DNA from: a phage
Direction: 5' to 3' (one strand)
DNA: 64,000 nucleotides
Assembly: GCA_033664045.1 (NCBI GenBank)
Contig: GCA_033664045.1_3674.1
The stretch's first letter is position 1; the number at the start of each line of letters is the position of its first letter. Under the pieces are notes generated by a model. The model had not been told where the DNA came from, did not search any database, and saw only the letters and a program-made list of their open reading frames with translations. Below, in pieces: positions 1-8,853 of the stretch. The position numbers and the translations under genes are program-made.

Positions 1-376
1 AAAAAAATATTTTTTCAAATGTCCGTGGCAAGATGAAGGCTATAGCCCCGCCAAGCTCTAGCAATGATGCACAATGGTTAAAGAATTTGCAAGCTAAAGA
101 TGAATTCTTGCCAAATGGTGGGTTACCTATGAAGACATCTGCCTTGGGGTGCACCTCCAAGAAGTTTGCCTGAATGCACGGTGTTGGTCCTTCAAATTCA
201 GGATCTGGTACTAAATCGTACGACAGTATCTCTGAAAATAGTTTTGAAAAAGAACCTCTTCCAGCAGAAGGCTCAACGTATGCACAATTCCCATACTTAT
301 CTTTTACTTTACCAACAAGATATTCTGCATACTCAGGGTTTGTGTAATATTTGTCGTTGGACTCTTTCTTACTCAA
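1..376 (-). CDS. N6-adenine DNA methyltransferase, gamma-class-like (partial; runs off window start)
   Basis: Manual minus-strand translation reads ...YYTNPEYAEYLVGKV...AYVEPSAGRGSF (motif I)...IGNPPFGK (motif IV NPPF) with no stop before position 1. Putative TTG start at 374-376 after GGAGG; start uncertain. Confidence 0.55.
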   Translation of the reverse strand, partial: MSKKESNDKYYTNPEYAEYLVGKVKDKYGNCAYVEPSAGRGSFSKLFSEILSYDLVPDPEFEGPTPCIQANFLEVHPKADVFIGNPPFGKNSSLACKFFNHCASLLELGGAIAFILPRTFEKIFF

Positions 377-382
377 AGTGCC

Positions 383-413
383 TCCAAAAGGAAAAGGGAG
401 GCGCAAGCCTCCC
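383..413 (-). terminator. rho-independent terminator after exonuclease gene
   Basis: GGGAGGC-gcaa-GCCTCCC stem-loop (396-413) followed on the minus strand by UUUUCCUUUU. Confidence 0.5.
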
Positions 414-421
414 TATACTTG

Positions 422-1405
422 TTAGATTATCTGAATCAGGGTGTTTTTCATCTCTTCTCGGGTACGGATGTTGTTACGATCACGAACAACAGATCCACAA
501 CCTTCGCAGCGGTATGTTTTAAATGCACTCAGCTGAGTATATGCCAAAGCTTCTTCCTCGTGAAGGTGTTCTCCACCACAGCGTGGGCAACGAACCTTTG
601 GCTCCTCGTCCTGGTAGTACAATGACATGTTTGGGTGCTGCTTAGCAAACGGGCGAGCCAGCAAATACAGTCCTTCCAGAGACAGGATATCACCAACATT
701 ATACTCCCGCATCTGCTTAAATGCCTCAAGATCACCATGGACACACTTGATCCACATTTCAAACGTGTGATCAATCAGTTTCTGTCGGGCCAGTTGGAAG
801 TATTTGCATGCATACTCCAAAGTGTTTGCATTCAAACGGAATGCCTTTTTGATCATTTTAAGGGTGTCAACATCTTTGTAGGGGCTTGTTGGAGGCAACC
901 CGTGAAATGCAAATCGTTGGTTGGCCCACCCGCAGTCAAAACCTGAATTGTGGGCTACTGCGACATCACATTTATCCAGATAATACCACAAATCCTGAAT
1001 CAATTCTAGATCATTGTGAATATCTTCATCCCACATTTTGTAATCTGGAAGAGCGCAGTCAACCACACTGGGGCTGTCTAGCCACTTACCTGCGAAAGTT
1101 AGCATATAGGGCATAACTTCAATACCACAGGTTTGAATGTTGGTCTTATAGTGCCCAAAGAACCAGCCGTTTGTTGGGGATGTCTCTGTATCATACACCC
1201 AAACTTTAGCACCTTTGTGCTCTTCAAGGAAGCGCTCCGTTGCTTCTCCTACAATCTCTGACATATTCTCTTGTGCACGTTTAAGCTGTAGTCGGATCCA
1301 GCTCTCACGTGACTCACGGCCTAAAAATTCACGAGCAATTTGTCTATTAGTGTATCCCTGTTGCTTTAGTGTTAAAATTTGCTCAAGAGTTAACTTTGTC
1401 ATCAT
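422..1405 (-). CDS. DnaQ-like (DEDD) 3'-5' exonuclease with N-terminal HTH and C-terminal Zn-ribbon
   Basis: Exo motifs VWVYDTETS, AHNSGFDCGW, YNVGDILSLEGLY; N-terminal LKQQGYTNRQIAREF HTH-like; C-terminal CPRCGG...CEGCG. Confidence 0.65.
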   Translation of the reverse strand: MMTKLTLEQILTLKQQGYTNRQIAREFLGRESRESWIRLQLKRAQENMSEIVGEATERFLEEHKGAKVWVYDTETSPTNGWFFGHYKTNIQTCGIEVMPYMLTFAGKWLDSPSVVDCALPDYKMWDEDIHNDLELIQDLWYYLDKCDVAVAHNSGFDCGWANQRFAFHGLPPTSPYKDVDTLKMIKKAFRLNANTLEYACKYFQLARQKLIDHTFEMWIKCVHGDLEAFKQMREYNVGDILSLEGLYLLARPFAKQHPNMSLYYQDEEPKVRCPRCGGEHLHEEEALAYTQLSAFKTYRCEGCGSVVRDRNNIRTREEMKNTLIQII

Positions 1406-1417
1406 CGTTAAGATTCC

Positions 1418-1639
1418 TTAGTAAAACTGAAGAATGTCTTTTAAAGCGAAGTCACGATATTCGCCCTTGTCTACATCGAAGGCACGCATCAACCACTGCT
1501 CTTCTTTATGATACTCTGTAGAGCCAAACCATAAATTAGGCTCAGTAACGCAGCGATCTGCAACAACACCTTTCCAGTTACGGTATTTCATCCTGATCAG
1601 GACTGAGTCGCAAGGATTGAATACCTTTTTCATCCCCAT
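1418..1639 (-). CDS. hypothetical protein (73 aa)
   Basis: ORF in co-directional early operon; no recognisable motif; 5' end overlaps next gene. Confidence 0.3.
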   Translation of the reverse strand: MGMKKVFNPCDSVLIRMKYRNWKGVVADRCVTEPNLWFGSTEYHKEEQWLMRAFDVDKGEYRDFALKDILQFY

Positions 1640-2183
1640 AGAAATCTCTCTCCTCAGTTTTCTTTATAAACTCCTGCATGTAGAACTCAATAGCCTCATG
1701 CTTGGTGCACTCTGGATTAATGACAAGACTGAGATCTGATTCTGCTCGTGCAATGATCGTAGCTTTAGAGCATCTCCTCAAGAACTTTGTCATATCATCT
1801 CTGTAGTTTTTGTGGAGCGGGAAGTCGCTGTAGTCTTTCTCCAGATAGTCAGCCATCCGGCGCAACGCCTCTGATAAACTGCAATCTGTATACTCGTTAC
1901 AGTATTTCATCCAGTATTTAAGCACATACCCCTCAAAGGTATTAGTGCATTGGGACAAAACACCCCTGCAACGACCAGTCAGATGATCATGATCCAAACA
2001 AGGCTTACGAAGTGGCTCGCACAAGATCGGATCAAGACCATCCTGCTCATCTGACAATTCTTTTCGAAAGTTGGCTATGTCCTTAGAATCTTTTAACCAC
2101 CCGTTATTAACGGGGGCTTTGACAGCTTTCTTTCTTATTTTACGCTTTGCGATAATCCCTCCAGATGCGCCCTGCCTATCCAA
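1578..2183 (-). CDS. recombination endonuclease VII-like (T4 gp49 family) junction resolvase
   Basis: LCEP...CLDHDHLTGRCRGVLSQCTN matches the endo VII zinc/HxDH core (T4: NHLDHDHELNGPKAGKVRGLLCNLCN). Confidence 0.7.
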   Translation of the reverse strand: MDRQGASGGIIAKRKIRKKAVKAPVNNGWLKDSKDIANFRKELSDEQDGLDPILCEPLRKPCLDHDHLTGRCRGVLSQCTNTFEGYVLKYWMKYCNEYTDCSLSEALRRMADYLEKDYSDFPLHKNYRDDMTKFLRRCSKATIIARAESDLSLVINPECTKHEAIEFYMQEFIKKTEERDFYGDEKGIQSLRLSPDQDEIP

Positions 2184-2764
2184 TAAGCATCTGCGAGATC
2201 GGCCTTACCTTGTACCAAATTGATACCATCTAGGAACCCAGGTTCAGATACTTCGCAGGCCTTAACCATCAACTTTTTATCCATTGTAACAGGTTTCTTC
2301 ACAGTATGCTCTTTACCTGTCTTTTTGTCAAGCTTTTTCTTCTCCTCAAAAGCAAGTTCTTCAGGAAGATGACTACGAGCAAACTTTTTGGCAGTTGTTG
2401 GTGTCACTGTGTGAACCTTAAACAGGCCGTCATTTTCACAATCAGCTAAAGCATCCCAAAGCATAACTTCGAGACCATAAAACAACCCAGCCAGTTCACG
2501 TGTGGCATCCCCGCGTGATCCAAAGGAAAGTCCTTCCATAACCACGGTGTCAACGCCGTGCGTGTGGATATAATATCTGACCTGTTTGCAGATCCAGTCA
2601 ATACGCTCAGCAGCTGTTGCAAAAGAAACCGTCCCTGGTTTCTTCTCTTTTGCAGATGAGCTTTGAGTTCGTAACACAACCTTATGAACAGGCTTTCCAT
2701 CGTCCCATACAACGCAAGCTGTGTGTGTCAACGACTGGTCTATGGATAATAGACGCTCTCTCAT
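2135..2764 (-). CDS. RuvC-like (RNase H fold) Holliday junction resolvase, putative
   Basis: Acidic motif order LSIDQS ... VVMEGLSFG ... ADLADAYWIGRA resembles RuvC-family catalytic residues; weaker call. Confidence 0.45.
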   Translation of the reverse strand: MRERLLSIDQSLTHTACVVWDDGKPVHKVVLRTQSSSAKEKKPGTVSFATAAERIDWICKQVRYYIHTHGVDTVVMEGLSFGSRGDATRELAGLFYGLEVMLWDALADCENDGLFKVHTVTPTTAKKFARSHLPEELAFEEKKKLDKKTGKEHTVKKPVTMDKKLMVKACEVSEPGFLDGINLVQGKADLADAYWIGRAHLEGLSQSVK

Positions 2765-3096
2765 GCTTCCTCATCCTCCGCTCCTTCATCAGGAGCATAA
2801 GCCTTATCTTTGAACAAGACGAGAGAGCAAAGCTTAACATCGGTTTCCACACTGGTGAACATGCATAACCGCTCTCCCTCAATCAGCTCACAATCCTCTT
2901 TTAAAACAGCAGACCATACACGGTCATCTGCGTAATCATCCGTGTACAGGATGTATGAAATGGTGTCATCTTCATACAACCGCCACATACCTGTGGCAAC
3001 AACGAATGTGTTTTTTGTTTTAAGTGTCCCTGTTGTATGATCATCCTCAAAAACAGCTTCCATAATTGCGTTATCTACAGCATTTTTAGTCATCAA
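2761..3096 (-). CDS. hypothetical protein (111 aa, acidic)
   Basis: ORF in operon context only. Confidence 0.35.
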   Translation of the reverse strand: MMTKNAVDNAIMEAVFEDDHTTGTLKTKNTFVVATGMWRLYEDDTISYILYTDDYADDRVWSAVLKEDCELIEGERLCMFTSVETDVKLCSLVLFKDKAYAPDEGAEDEEA

Positions 3097-4232
3097 ATTG
3101 CTCCAACATTTCTAAGAACGTTAACAAGTTTTGTTTGATCATTGAATGTTCGCTTCATATACAAACAGTCAAAAATTATACTCATCCATTGACCTACGGA
3201 AATTCTACGATCAATACCATTGAAGTCAGTATACTTAACAACACCTTTCGGGAACCACTTCTTGTACTGATCAATAATAGCCACCCACATCTCCTTTGGA
3301 GTGCTGCACTGAGACAGTAGGTAGAATGCTGAGGCATCCCCGAACTTACCCTTACCAATAAGTCCTTGATACGGCTTGATATTGTCAGCAGAGTCACCAC
3401 ACAGCATTTGGTATCCGAAGAACAGCATTCCGTAACCACCAACCTCTCCATTAGGCTTCATGAAGATGTTCCCCATACCGTTATCAATCAGCATAGGGGT
3501 TTCCCTTACAAAATCTCCCTTATCGTTTCGCATGGGATCGAACACAAGCCCCGGTAGTGTTCTTTGGTCCTTATCAATAGAGATAATAAACTTGTTGAAC
3601 TTACCTGTTTTTTGGTAGTGGTTCCAACCTTCAAATTGCTGGATAGCTAACCAGTCGTCAGCCTCGATACCGTTGATCACTTGAGCATTATACTGCTTTT
3701 GGAGATACTGTCTTGCATCTCCAAGCAGCAGTGGTCGAAGAGTATTGTTACGGTTGGCTTTGTATCTTTCCGGCATTGGAAGATCTAGTCTGAAGTTACC
3801 TGTGCCTCCCAACACCCCGATACATCGCTCTTCCGGAATACCAAGATAGTTAAGAACTGCATTAGCTTTACACTTAATTGTGTGTAAGCAGTTCTCTACA
3901 GGATCAGGGGTTTGGATATCCAAGACATCGAAATCTTCGCGTGTCCACGGAATAAACTCCTTTCCAGCCTTTTTACATGCGGCTTCACGGTTGGTATTCT
4001 CAGCTTTTAACCAACCCCCAACGGTGTTCTTCTGCCGCCCCCAGAACTCTGTTCGTGTTTTAAACACCTTCTTTCGCCCGGAGGCTTTGTGTGTTACCTC
4101 AATTGTCCTTTTTTCACAACTTGCCGCAGCTTGATATGCAACCTGGTCGAAGTCATAATAAACTATAGCGTCAGGTTCGAGAAGATCAGCAAGACAATCT
4201 ACAGATTCAATAAGTGGATATTCTCTACTCAA
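3093..4232 (-). CDS. 5'-3' exonuclease / flap endonuclease (FEN, T4 RNase H-like)
   Basis: GIEADDWLA acidic cluster, ISIDKDQ, and H3TH-like LCGDSADNIKPYQGL (compare GDxSDNIPGV of Pol I 5' exo). Confidence 0.7.
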   Translation of the reverse strand: MSREYPLIESVDCLADLLEPDAIVYYDFDQVAYQAAASCEKRTIEVTHKASGRKKVFKTRTEFWGRQKNTVGGWLKAENTNREAACKKAGKEFIPWTREDFDVLDIQTPDPVENCLHTIKCKANAVLNYLGIPEERCIGVLGGTGNFRLDLPMPERYKANRNNTLRPLLLGDARQYLQKQYNAQVINGIEADDWLAIQQFEGWNHYQKTGKFNKFIISIDKDQRTLPGLVFDPMRNDKGDFVRETPMLIDNGMGNIFMKPNGEVGGYGMLFFGYQMLCGDSADNIKPYQGLIGKGKFGDASAFYLLSQCSTPKEMWVAIIDQYKKWFPKGVVKYTDFNGIDRRISVGQWMSIIFDCLYMKRTFNDQTKLVNVLRNVGAI

Positions 4233-4533
4233 AGCCCCTCCTGTTAGTTATTCTGCAAGATGGTTGGATGCTGTAATGAAATGCATCATCACTCTCTGCA
4301 ATAAGTGACTCAACATCCCAATACTTTTCAAAAAGGAACGGATTAGACCCCCAGTGGTGGGTTATTTTCATCAAGGAGTCTGGTATCATATAACCACAGA
4401 TCTTAATTACATCACCCGGTTGAATTGTGTTTTCATGAAGGTTTTTTGCCTTCTTCAGAATCATACCTTTGTGATTCTCATTTGCATACAACTGGACGAT
4501 ATCTTTATCTTCAACAATGAAAATTTTAAGCAT
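4225..4533 (-). CDS. hypothetical protein (102 aa)
   Basis: ORF in operon context only. Confidence 0.35.
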   Translation of the reverse strand: MLKIFIVEDKDIVQLYANENHKGMILKKAKNLHENTIQPGDVIKICGYMIPDSLMKITHHWGSNPFLFEKYWDVESLIAESDDAFHYSIQPSCRITNRRGFE

Positions 4534-4592
4534 ACCTAGTTCTCCTAGTTAATAAATAGTTAACTGATAATATCAGATCAGAGACTCATTTG

Positions 4593-4886
4593 TCAAGACT
4601 TTTTAGTCTTTCTTGGAGAGCTTTTTGTTGATCTTTTTCTTTTGTGGTAAATTCCAAGTGCAGCATTTTCTTGGGCACACGTTTTAACGGTTTTTAGATC
4701 AGATCTTTCAGCTTTAGGTAGATTAAGCTCCCACCAACCCAACCAGTAAAGCTCTGATTCCGACAGCTGCTCAGATTCAGCCTTCCGATACAAGGCTTGC
4801 ATACCTCTGATGATATCGTCCAGAGGTGTATCGAATACAAAAGCTGTCTTATCGAATTTCTCTTTTACAGGTCTCTTAGCCATCAA
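4593..4886 (-). CDS. hypothetical protein (97 aa, basic C-terminus)
   Basis: ORF in operon context; lysine-rich tail. Confidence 0.35.
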   Translation of the reverse strand: MMAKRPVKEKFDKTAFVFDTPLDDIIRGMQALYRKAESEQLSESELYWLGWWELNLPKAERSDLKTVKTCAQENAALGIYHKRKRSTKSSPRKTKKS

Positions 4887-5391
4887 GGTAACCCTCTATC
4901 CACGAAAAGTCAGTCTTCCATTCTGGAACTTTACTAAGCTCACGCCACTCTGCAAAGCAGTCTCGGTAATACGCCTCTGCCATACCTTTGGTGATCTTAT
5001 TCACCTTAGCCAACTGATTAACTGCCTGAGCATACTTTCCACGGATATTTGCTAACCCAGGATGCACCGATGTGTGACAGTCTGGGCACAACGCTATCAG
5101 TCCGACAAGCCGGATCACCCCCTCCTCGAAAGTGTAAAGTTCATGACACTCCACTGGGTGTTTGCTGCCTTTACCGCCGCACACCTCACAGGTGTAGTTG
5201 GCTTCTCTATAGCACTTCTTGCGGATCTTATCCCACTCACTCTTCTTCACAGCGTTTCGTAGGTTATTATACCAAGCTGTTTCTGGGATCAGTTGCACAA
5301 TAAGCCTGCGTTCAGACTTCATTAAACGTCCGTCTTCCACGTGTTCTCCCTCATTCAAAGAAATGGGTGCGAGGGCAGGAACCTGCCTCAC
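4876..5391 (-). CDS. HNH-like zinc-binding nuclease-fold protein, putative
   Basis: CEVCGG...ECHELY...LCPDCH cysteine/histidine arrangement. Confidence 0.4.
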   Translation of the reverse strand: MRQVPALAPISLNEGEHVEDGRLMKSERRLIVQLIPETAWYNNLRNAVKKSEWDKIRKKCYREANYTCEVCGGKGSKHPVECHELYTFEEGVIRLVGLIALCPDCHTSVHPGLANIRGKYAQAVNQLAKVNKITKGMAEAYYRDCFAEWRELSKVPEWKTDFSWIEGYLDG

Positions 5392-5557
5392 CTTGTTTCA
5401 CAAGCTCGTAGAGCTCACCTTGGCTTGTCTCATAAAGGCAAATACGTTTACCATTGTCCCGATATACATCGACAAGATACGCTGTTTCACCTGCAAACAC
5501 GACACCACAGGCCAGACATGCCGCCATGAACAAAATTGCCAACAGAAAATCTTTCAT
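5351..5557 (-). CDS. small secreted/periplasmic protein (68 aa)
   Basis: N-terminal signal-peptide-like LLAILFMAACLACGVVFAGE; lies immediately downstream of endolysin. Confidence 0.4.
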   Translation of the reverse strand: MKDFLLAILFMAACLACGVVFAGETAYLVDVYRDNGKRICLYETSQGELYELVKQGEAGSCPRTHFFE

Positions 5558-5620
5558 GGTTAAACCCCCTCAAACATTTTATGAGGTGACAATACCACTT
5601 CCGTGTGGTTATGTCAATGA

Positions 5621-6091
5621 TCAATCCAGGACAACACCGCCTGCCTTTTTAAACACCTCGATCAACTTCTCAATCTTCTGTTCATGCTGACCATATCCAG
5701 CACCAGGTAACGAAGCCCAACGGGAACGGCATTTGTGGATAGCTTCGTGGATACGCCCTTCGTCAATGTCGGAGAGAGCCTTGCACTCACGGATCAGTTG
5801 CAACGCAATCTTGTCCTGACTGGCAGGGCCAAAATCTGGTAATCCTAGCTGTTTCATATAGTGTTTAGCAAACTTCTCCAAAATCTGGTAACGCCCAGCA
5901 GCGGAGGAGGTAAGTTTGGCATTTAGCTTAACGTAAACACCGGGATGCTTGCTGTAATCGCTGAACAGCTTGCCACCGACTATGACATCGTATCCCCGAT
6001 CCTTGGTAGGTTGTCTACCATTATCTGTACCTTCTGAATATGCGATCATATCCAAGAAAGCTTTTCGTTGAACGTTTTTATCAAGTTTCAT
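5621..6091 (-). CDS. endolysin, lambda R-type lytic transglycosylase
   Basis: Near-colinear similarity to lambda R as recalled: QRKAFLDMIAYSEGTDNGRQ...GYDVIVGG...AGRYQ...WASLPGAGYGQ; RBS GGAGAG 8 nt upstream. Confidence 0.9.
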   Translation of the reverse strand: MKLDKNVQRKAFLDMIAYSEGTDNGRQPTKDRGYDVIVGGKLFSDYSKHPGVYVKLNAKLTSSAAGRYQILEKFAKHYMKQLGLPDFGPASQDKIALQLIRECKALSDIDEGRIHEAIHKCRSRWASLPGAGYGQHEQKIEKLIEVFKKAGGVVLD

Positions 6092-6159
6092 TTTTCATAC
6101 TCTCCAGTTTACTCATAACTAGCCCGATCAACAACACTGCATAGTGTGGTTATGTAGGT

Positions 6160-6188
6160 GCCAATTGAAAAACCATCATTCAATTGGC
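6160..6188. promoter_or_regulatory. perfect 10-bp inverted repeat between ligase and endolysin genes
   Basis: GCCAATTGAA-n9-TTCAATTGGC; no following U-tract, so operator or RNA stem-loop is more likely than a terminator. Confidence 0.35.
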
Positions 6189-6215
6189 TACCGTTACCTA
6201 CTAAACCATCCTACA

Positions 6216-7499
6216 TCATTCCAGAACCTCCCAAGTGTCTGGGTTAACATTTCGGACGCAGATACCGACAGGGAATTGGTAGTTGTTGTCTTCTGTCCTT
6301 GCTTGGTATTTGAAGGTGACAAACTTGCCGATCATTTCCTGCATCCTGTCATAGCTACGCTCCTCGTGCGTGCCTTTCATCTTCATTTTAACAACAACAC
6401 CTTCCTTGTCAACACAGATAAGAACACCTTCATCATTCTTATCTTTCTCAACGTCAATAACTTTCACCTCTGCGTCGTTGAACTTTTTCCATTTCAATGC
6501 TTCAGATGTTCGCTGACCATACTCATACTTACCACAGAAGTTACGCATAATGGTACCTTCATATCCTTCGGACATGAATATACCAACAGATTCTTCGCAA
6601 TGATCAACTGTGTACGCAAGCTCTGCGTCAACAACCTTGATATGGTCAAGCATCAGGGTGGTAACGGTATCCTCTGCATCCATAAGATCTTTGCAGCGTC
6701 CAGACTCTGTTTCTGGATCCCACCACACCTTGTCGCTAGGAATATCAAAAATGTGATACTCCAGATCGTAGCTACAGTACCCACCGTAACGCAAATCATC
6801 ACGAACAGGCTCAACATCGACAGGAATATCTACCTTGTTGAAGTTTTTGTACGTTGATAAGCCTGCCTTAATTGCGGCATGACGGCGTTTTTTATCTGCC
6901 TCATAGTCTTTATCGATCTCGGCCTGAATCTCTTCCTGTGTGCGCCACCGTTTAGCAAGAGACACTATTTTCTGCAAAGGAAGACCATGAATGTATAGTT
7001 CCCCATCAAGTTGTTTAATCCCAGTGGTAGAATGGAAAGAACGAAGTTGCTCTAAAAGCTTTCCTTGAATAGGGTAGGACTTATTGCCACGGGAAATAAA
7101 TTTAGGCTCACCATTTTGGAAAACAACAAGCAGACGAAGGCCATCTAACTTACGCAAGATCCAGCAAGGTAATTTAAGTGCCTTGCCACGCTTCAGATAG
7201 TCATGCACCAGCATGGGTAAAAGGTCAACACCCTGCTCGCAATCTTCCATGTTTTCAACATACCCCAGACGGACTTGTTTTTCCCACTTACTGATCGCTT
7301 CCAGCTCGGCCTGTTGCTCAGCTGTAGTCTCGTTGGCACGACCTACGTTCTTAGGTGTGCATACCGTCTCTTTGTACTGCAATTTACCGTCAAGCTTGCC
7401 AAACTCTACGATAACCTTTTCGCCATCTGTAAATACTTTCCATTGCTGGTAACTTCCATCTTTATTCAGTGCGTACAGTGTTGTTTTGATCTGATGCAT
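6216..7499 (-). CDS. ATP-dependent DNA ligase
   Basis: Adenylation motif I ILRKLDGLRLL (KxDGxR) plus EGTIMR and KWKKF motifs; length suits NTase plus OB domain. Confidence 0.85.
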   Translation of the reverse strand: MHQIKTTLYALNKDGSYQQWKVFTDGEKVIVEFGKLDGKLQYKETVCTPKNVGRANETTAEQQAELEAISKWEKQVRLGYVENMEDCEQGVDLLPMLVHDYLKRGKALKLPCWILRKLDGLRLLVVFQNGEPKFISRGNKSYPIQGKLLEQLRSFHSTTGIKQLDGELYIHGLPLQKIVSLAKRWRTQEEIQAEIDKDYEADKKRRHAAIKAGLSTYKNFNKVDIPVDVEPVRDDLRYGGYCSYDLEYHIFDIPSDKVWWDPETESGRCKDLMDAEDTVTTLMLDHIKVVDAELAYTVDHCEESVGIFMSEGYEGTIMRNFCGKYEYGQRTSEALKWKKFNDAEVKVIDVEKDKNDEGVLICVDKEGVVVKMKMKGTHEERSYDRMQEMIGKFVTFKYQARTEDNNYQFPVGICVRNVNPDTWEVLE

Positions 7500-7768
7500 T
7501 ACTCGGCCTCTTCCTTAAAAATGTTAAACATCTCTTCTTTACTCATTACCAACCAGTCTCCCATAAAGTCAACTAGCCAGTCCCCCTGGTACAAGACAAG
7601 GTTACCAAACGGCTCGACAAGCTCACACATGCGACGAATATCTCTGGTCCGAACAGATGACGATGTAAACACACCTGTATCAATCCACCGTTGCAGATCA
7701 GATACTGATGAAGAGCTTCCGTCAAACTGGTGTGCTTCTACAGGTTTAGCAAGATTAAATAACGGCAT
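7499..7768 (-). CDS. hypothetical protein (89 aa)
   Basis: ORF in operon context only. Confidence 0.35.
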   Translation of the reverse strand: MPLFNLAKPVEAHQFDGSSSSVSDLQRWIDTGVFTSSSVRTRDIRRMCELVEPFGNLVLYQGDWLVDFMGDWLVMSKEEMFNIFKEEAE

Positions 7769-8084
7769 TGCAGTCCTCCTTATCTAATAGGTCTTTTATC
7801 GGGTAAACAAGCAGGTGTGGATCGTAATAATTTATAGTTTTATTCTGCCACACTATGAACTTAATTACAACTAAATTTACCACATCTTTATCTCCATGCA
7901 GTCCAACACACAGATTTGTCCATATTTTGTGGTTGAATACTTTGCTGTCGATGTAGATCTTAGTGTCAAACTTCTCCTCTATACTGCCTATGAGTTTAAC
8001 CAACTCTTTCATCTGATCCCCAAACACAGCATCGTTTTCAAGATCTCTGGAGTGCTTGTACATAACTATCTGCCTCACTTGCAT
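7755..8084 (-). CDS. hypothetical protein (109 aa)
   Basis: ORF in operon context only. Confidence 0.35.
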   Translation of the reverse strand: MQVRQIVMYKHSRDLENDAVFGDQMKELVKLIGSIEEKFDTKIYIDSKVFNHKIWTNLCVGLHGDKDVVNLVVIKFIVWQNKTINYYDPHLLVYPIKDLLDKEDCNAVI

Positions 8085-8126
8085 ACTTTCCGCAACAAGT
8101 AAAGCCGGGTAATCCCGGCTATGTTG

Positions 8127-8840
8127 TTAAATATACTCTGTTACATCCTTGAAGCTCGAAGGCTTCATGATCTTACCTTTACTGTCAAGGAATATGATAA
8201 CTTTATTACCGTTGTAGAATTCTTCCTTGGCAACAAAACCTTCATATCGACCATCAAAGCGTCGTTCAAGATCTTTAATCTCCAACTCTATGAGTTGTTC
8301 AGCAGGCATATCTGCACTGGCACCGTGTGAATACCGTAGATGGTTTACCCGTGCAAACTTGCTGTCATTCGATTTGAGAACCTTACGCATCATCCCGCAC
8401 ACATCGCCGCGAAGCTGGAACAGCAAAGCTGTTGACAACTCCGCTAAGCGGTAAGCTGACGCTCTTTGCTTGGATGTGTTTTTCGCAGCGATCAGTGTAT
8501 CATAGAACTCACCGATCTTGAACTTAAGACCTCGTGGATTATCAAACAGGTTTGACCACTTTTCGTGATTGTCATTAACAAGATAAGCTGCATAACTTGT
8601 GACAACGTGAAGATCGCAGGCCTCTTTTAGCAGGTGATCTCCACCATCACCTTTCTCCAGCTCTTCCAAAACCTCATTAAACTCTTCCTCAATGAAGCTA
8701 AGCTGTAATTCGAATGGTGTGTATGATTTTTTCACTTTAGCTGCCACACGGTTCCAGTTTTCCACCCAATTGGCAGACCAAAGGTAGTTTTCAGGCTGAG
8801 ACAGTTTTTCTAGGTTGTCGATCAGTTTAGTATTCAGCAT
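8127..8840 (-). CDS. MazG-like nucleoside triphosphate pyrophosphohydrolase, putative
   Basis: EEEFNEVLEELEKGD...LKEACDLHVV resembles the MazG ExxE...ExxD metal-binding pattern. Confidence 0.4.
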   Translation of the reverse strand: MLNTKLIDNLEKLSQPENYLWSANWVENWNRVAAKVKKSYTPFELQLSFIEEEFNEVLEELEKGDGGDHLLKEACDLHVVTSYAAYLVNDNHEKWSNLFDNPRGLKFKIGEFYDTLIAAKNTSKQRASAYRLAELSTALLFQLRGDVCGMMRKVLKSNDSKFARVNHLRYSHGASADMPAEQLIELEIKDLERRFDGRYEGFVAKEEFYNGNKVIIFLDSKGKIMKPSSFKDVTEYI

Positions 8841-8853
8841 TAAAGGTCTCCTT

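Noticed and set aside
166-625. Plus-strand ORFs 166-522 and 419-625
   Set aside because: They are shadow ORFs opposite the minus-strand methyltransferase and exonuclease genes, which have recognisable catalytic motifs.
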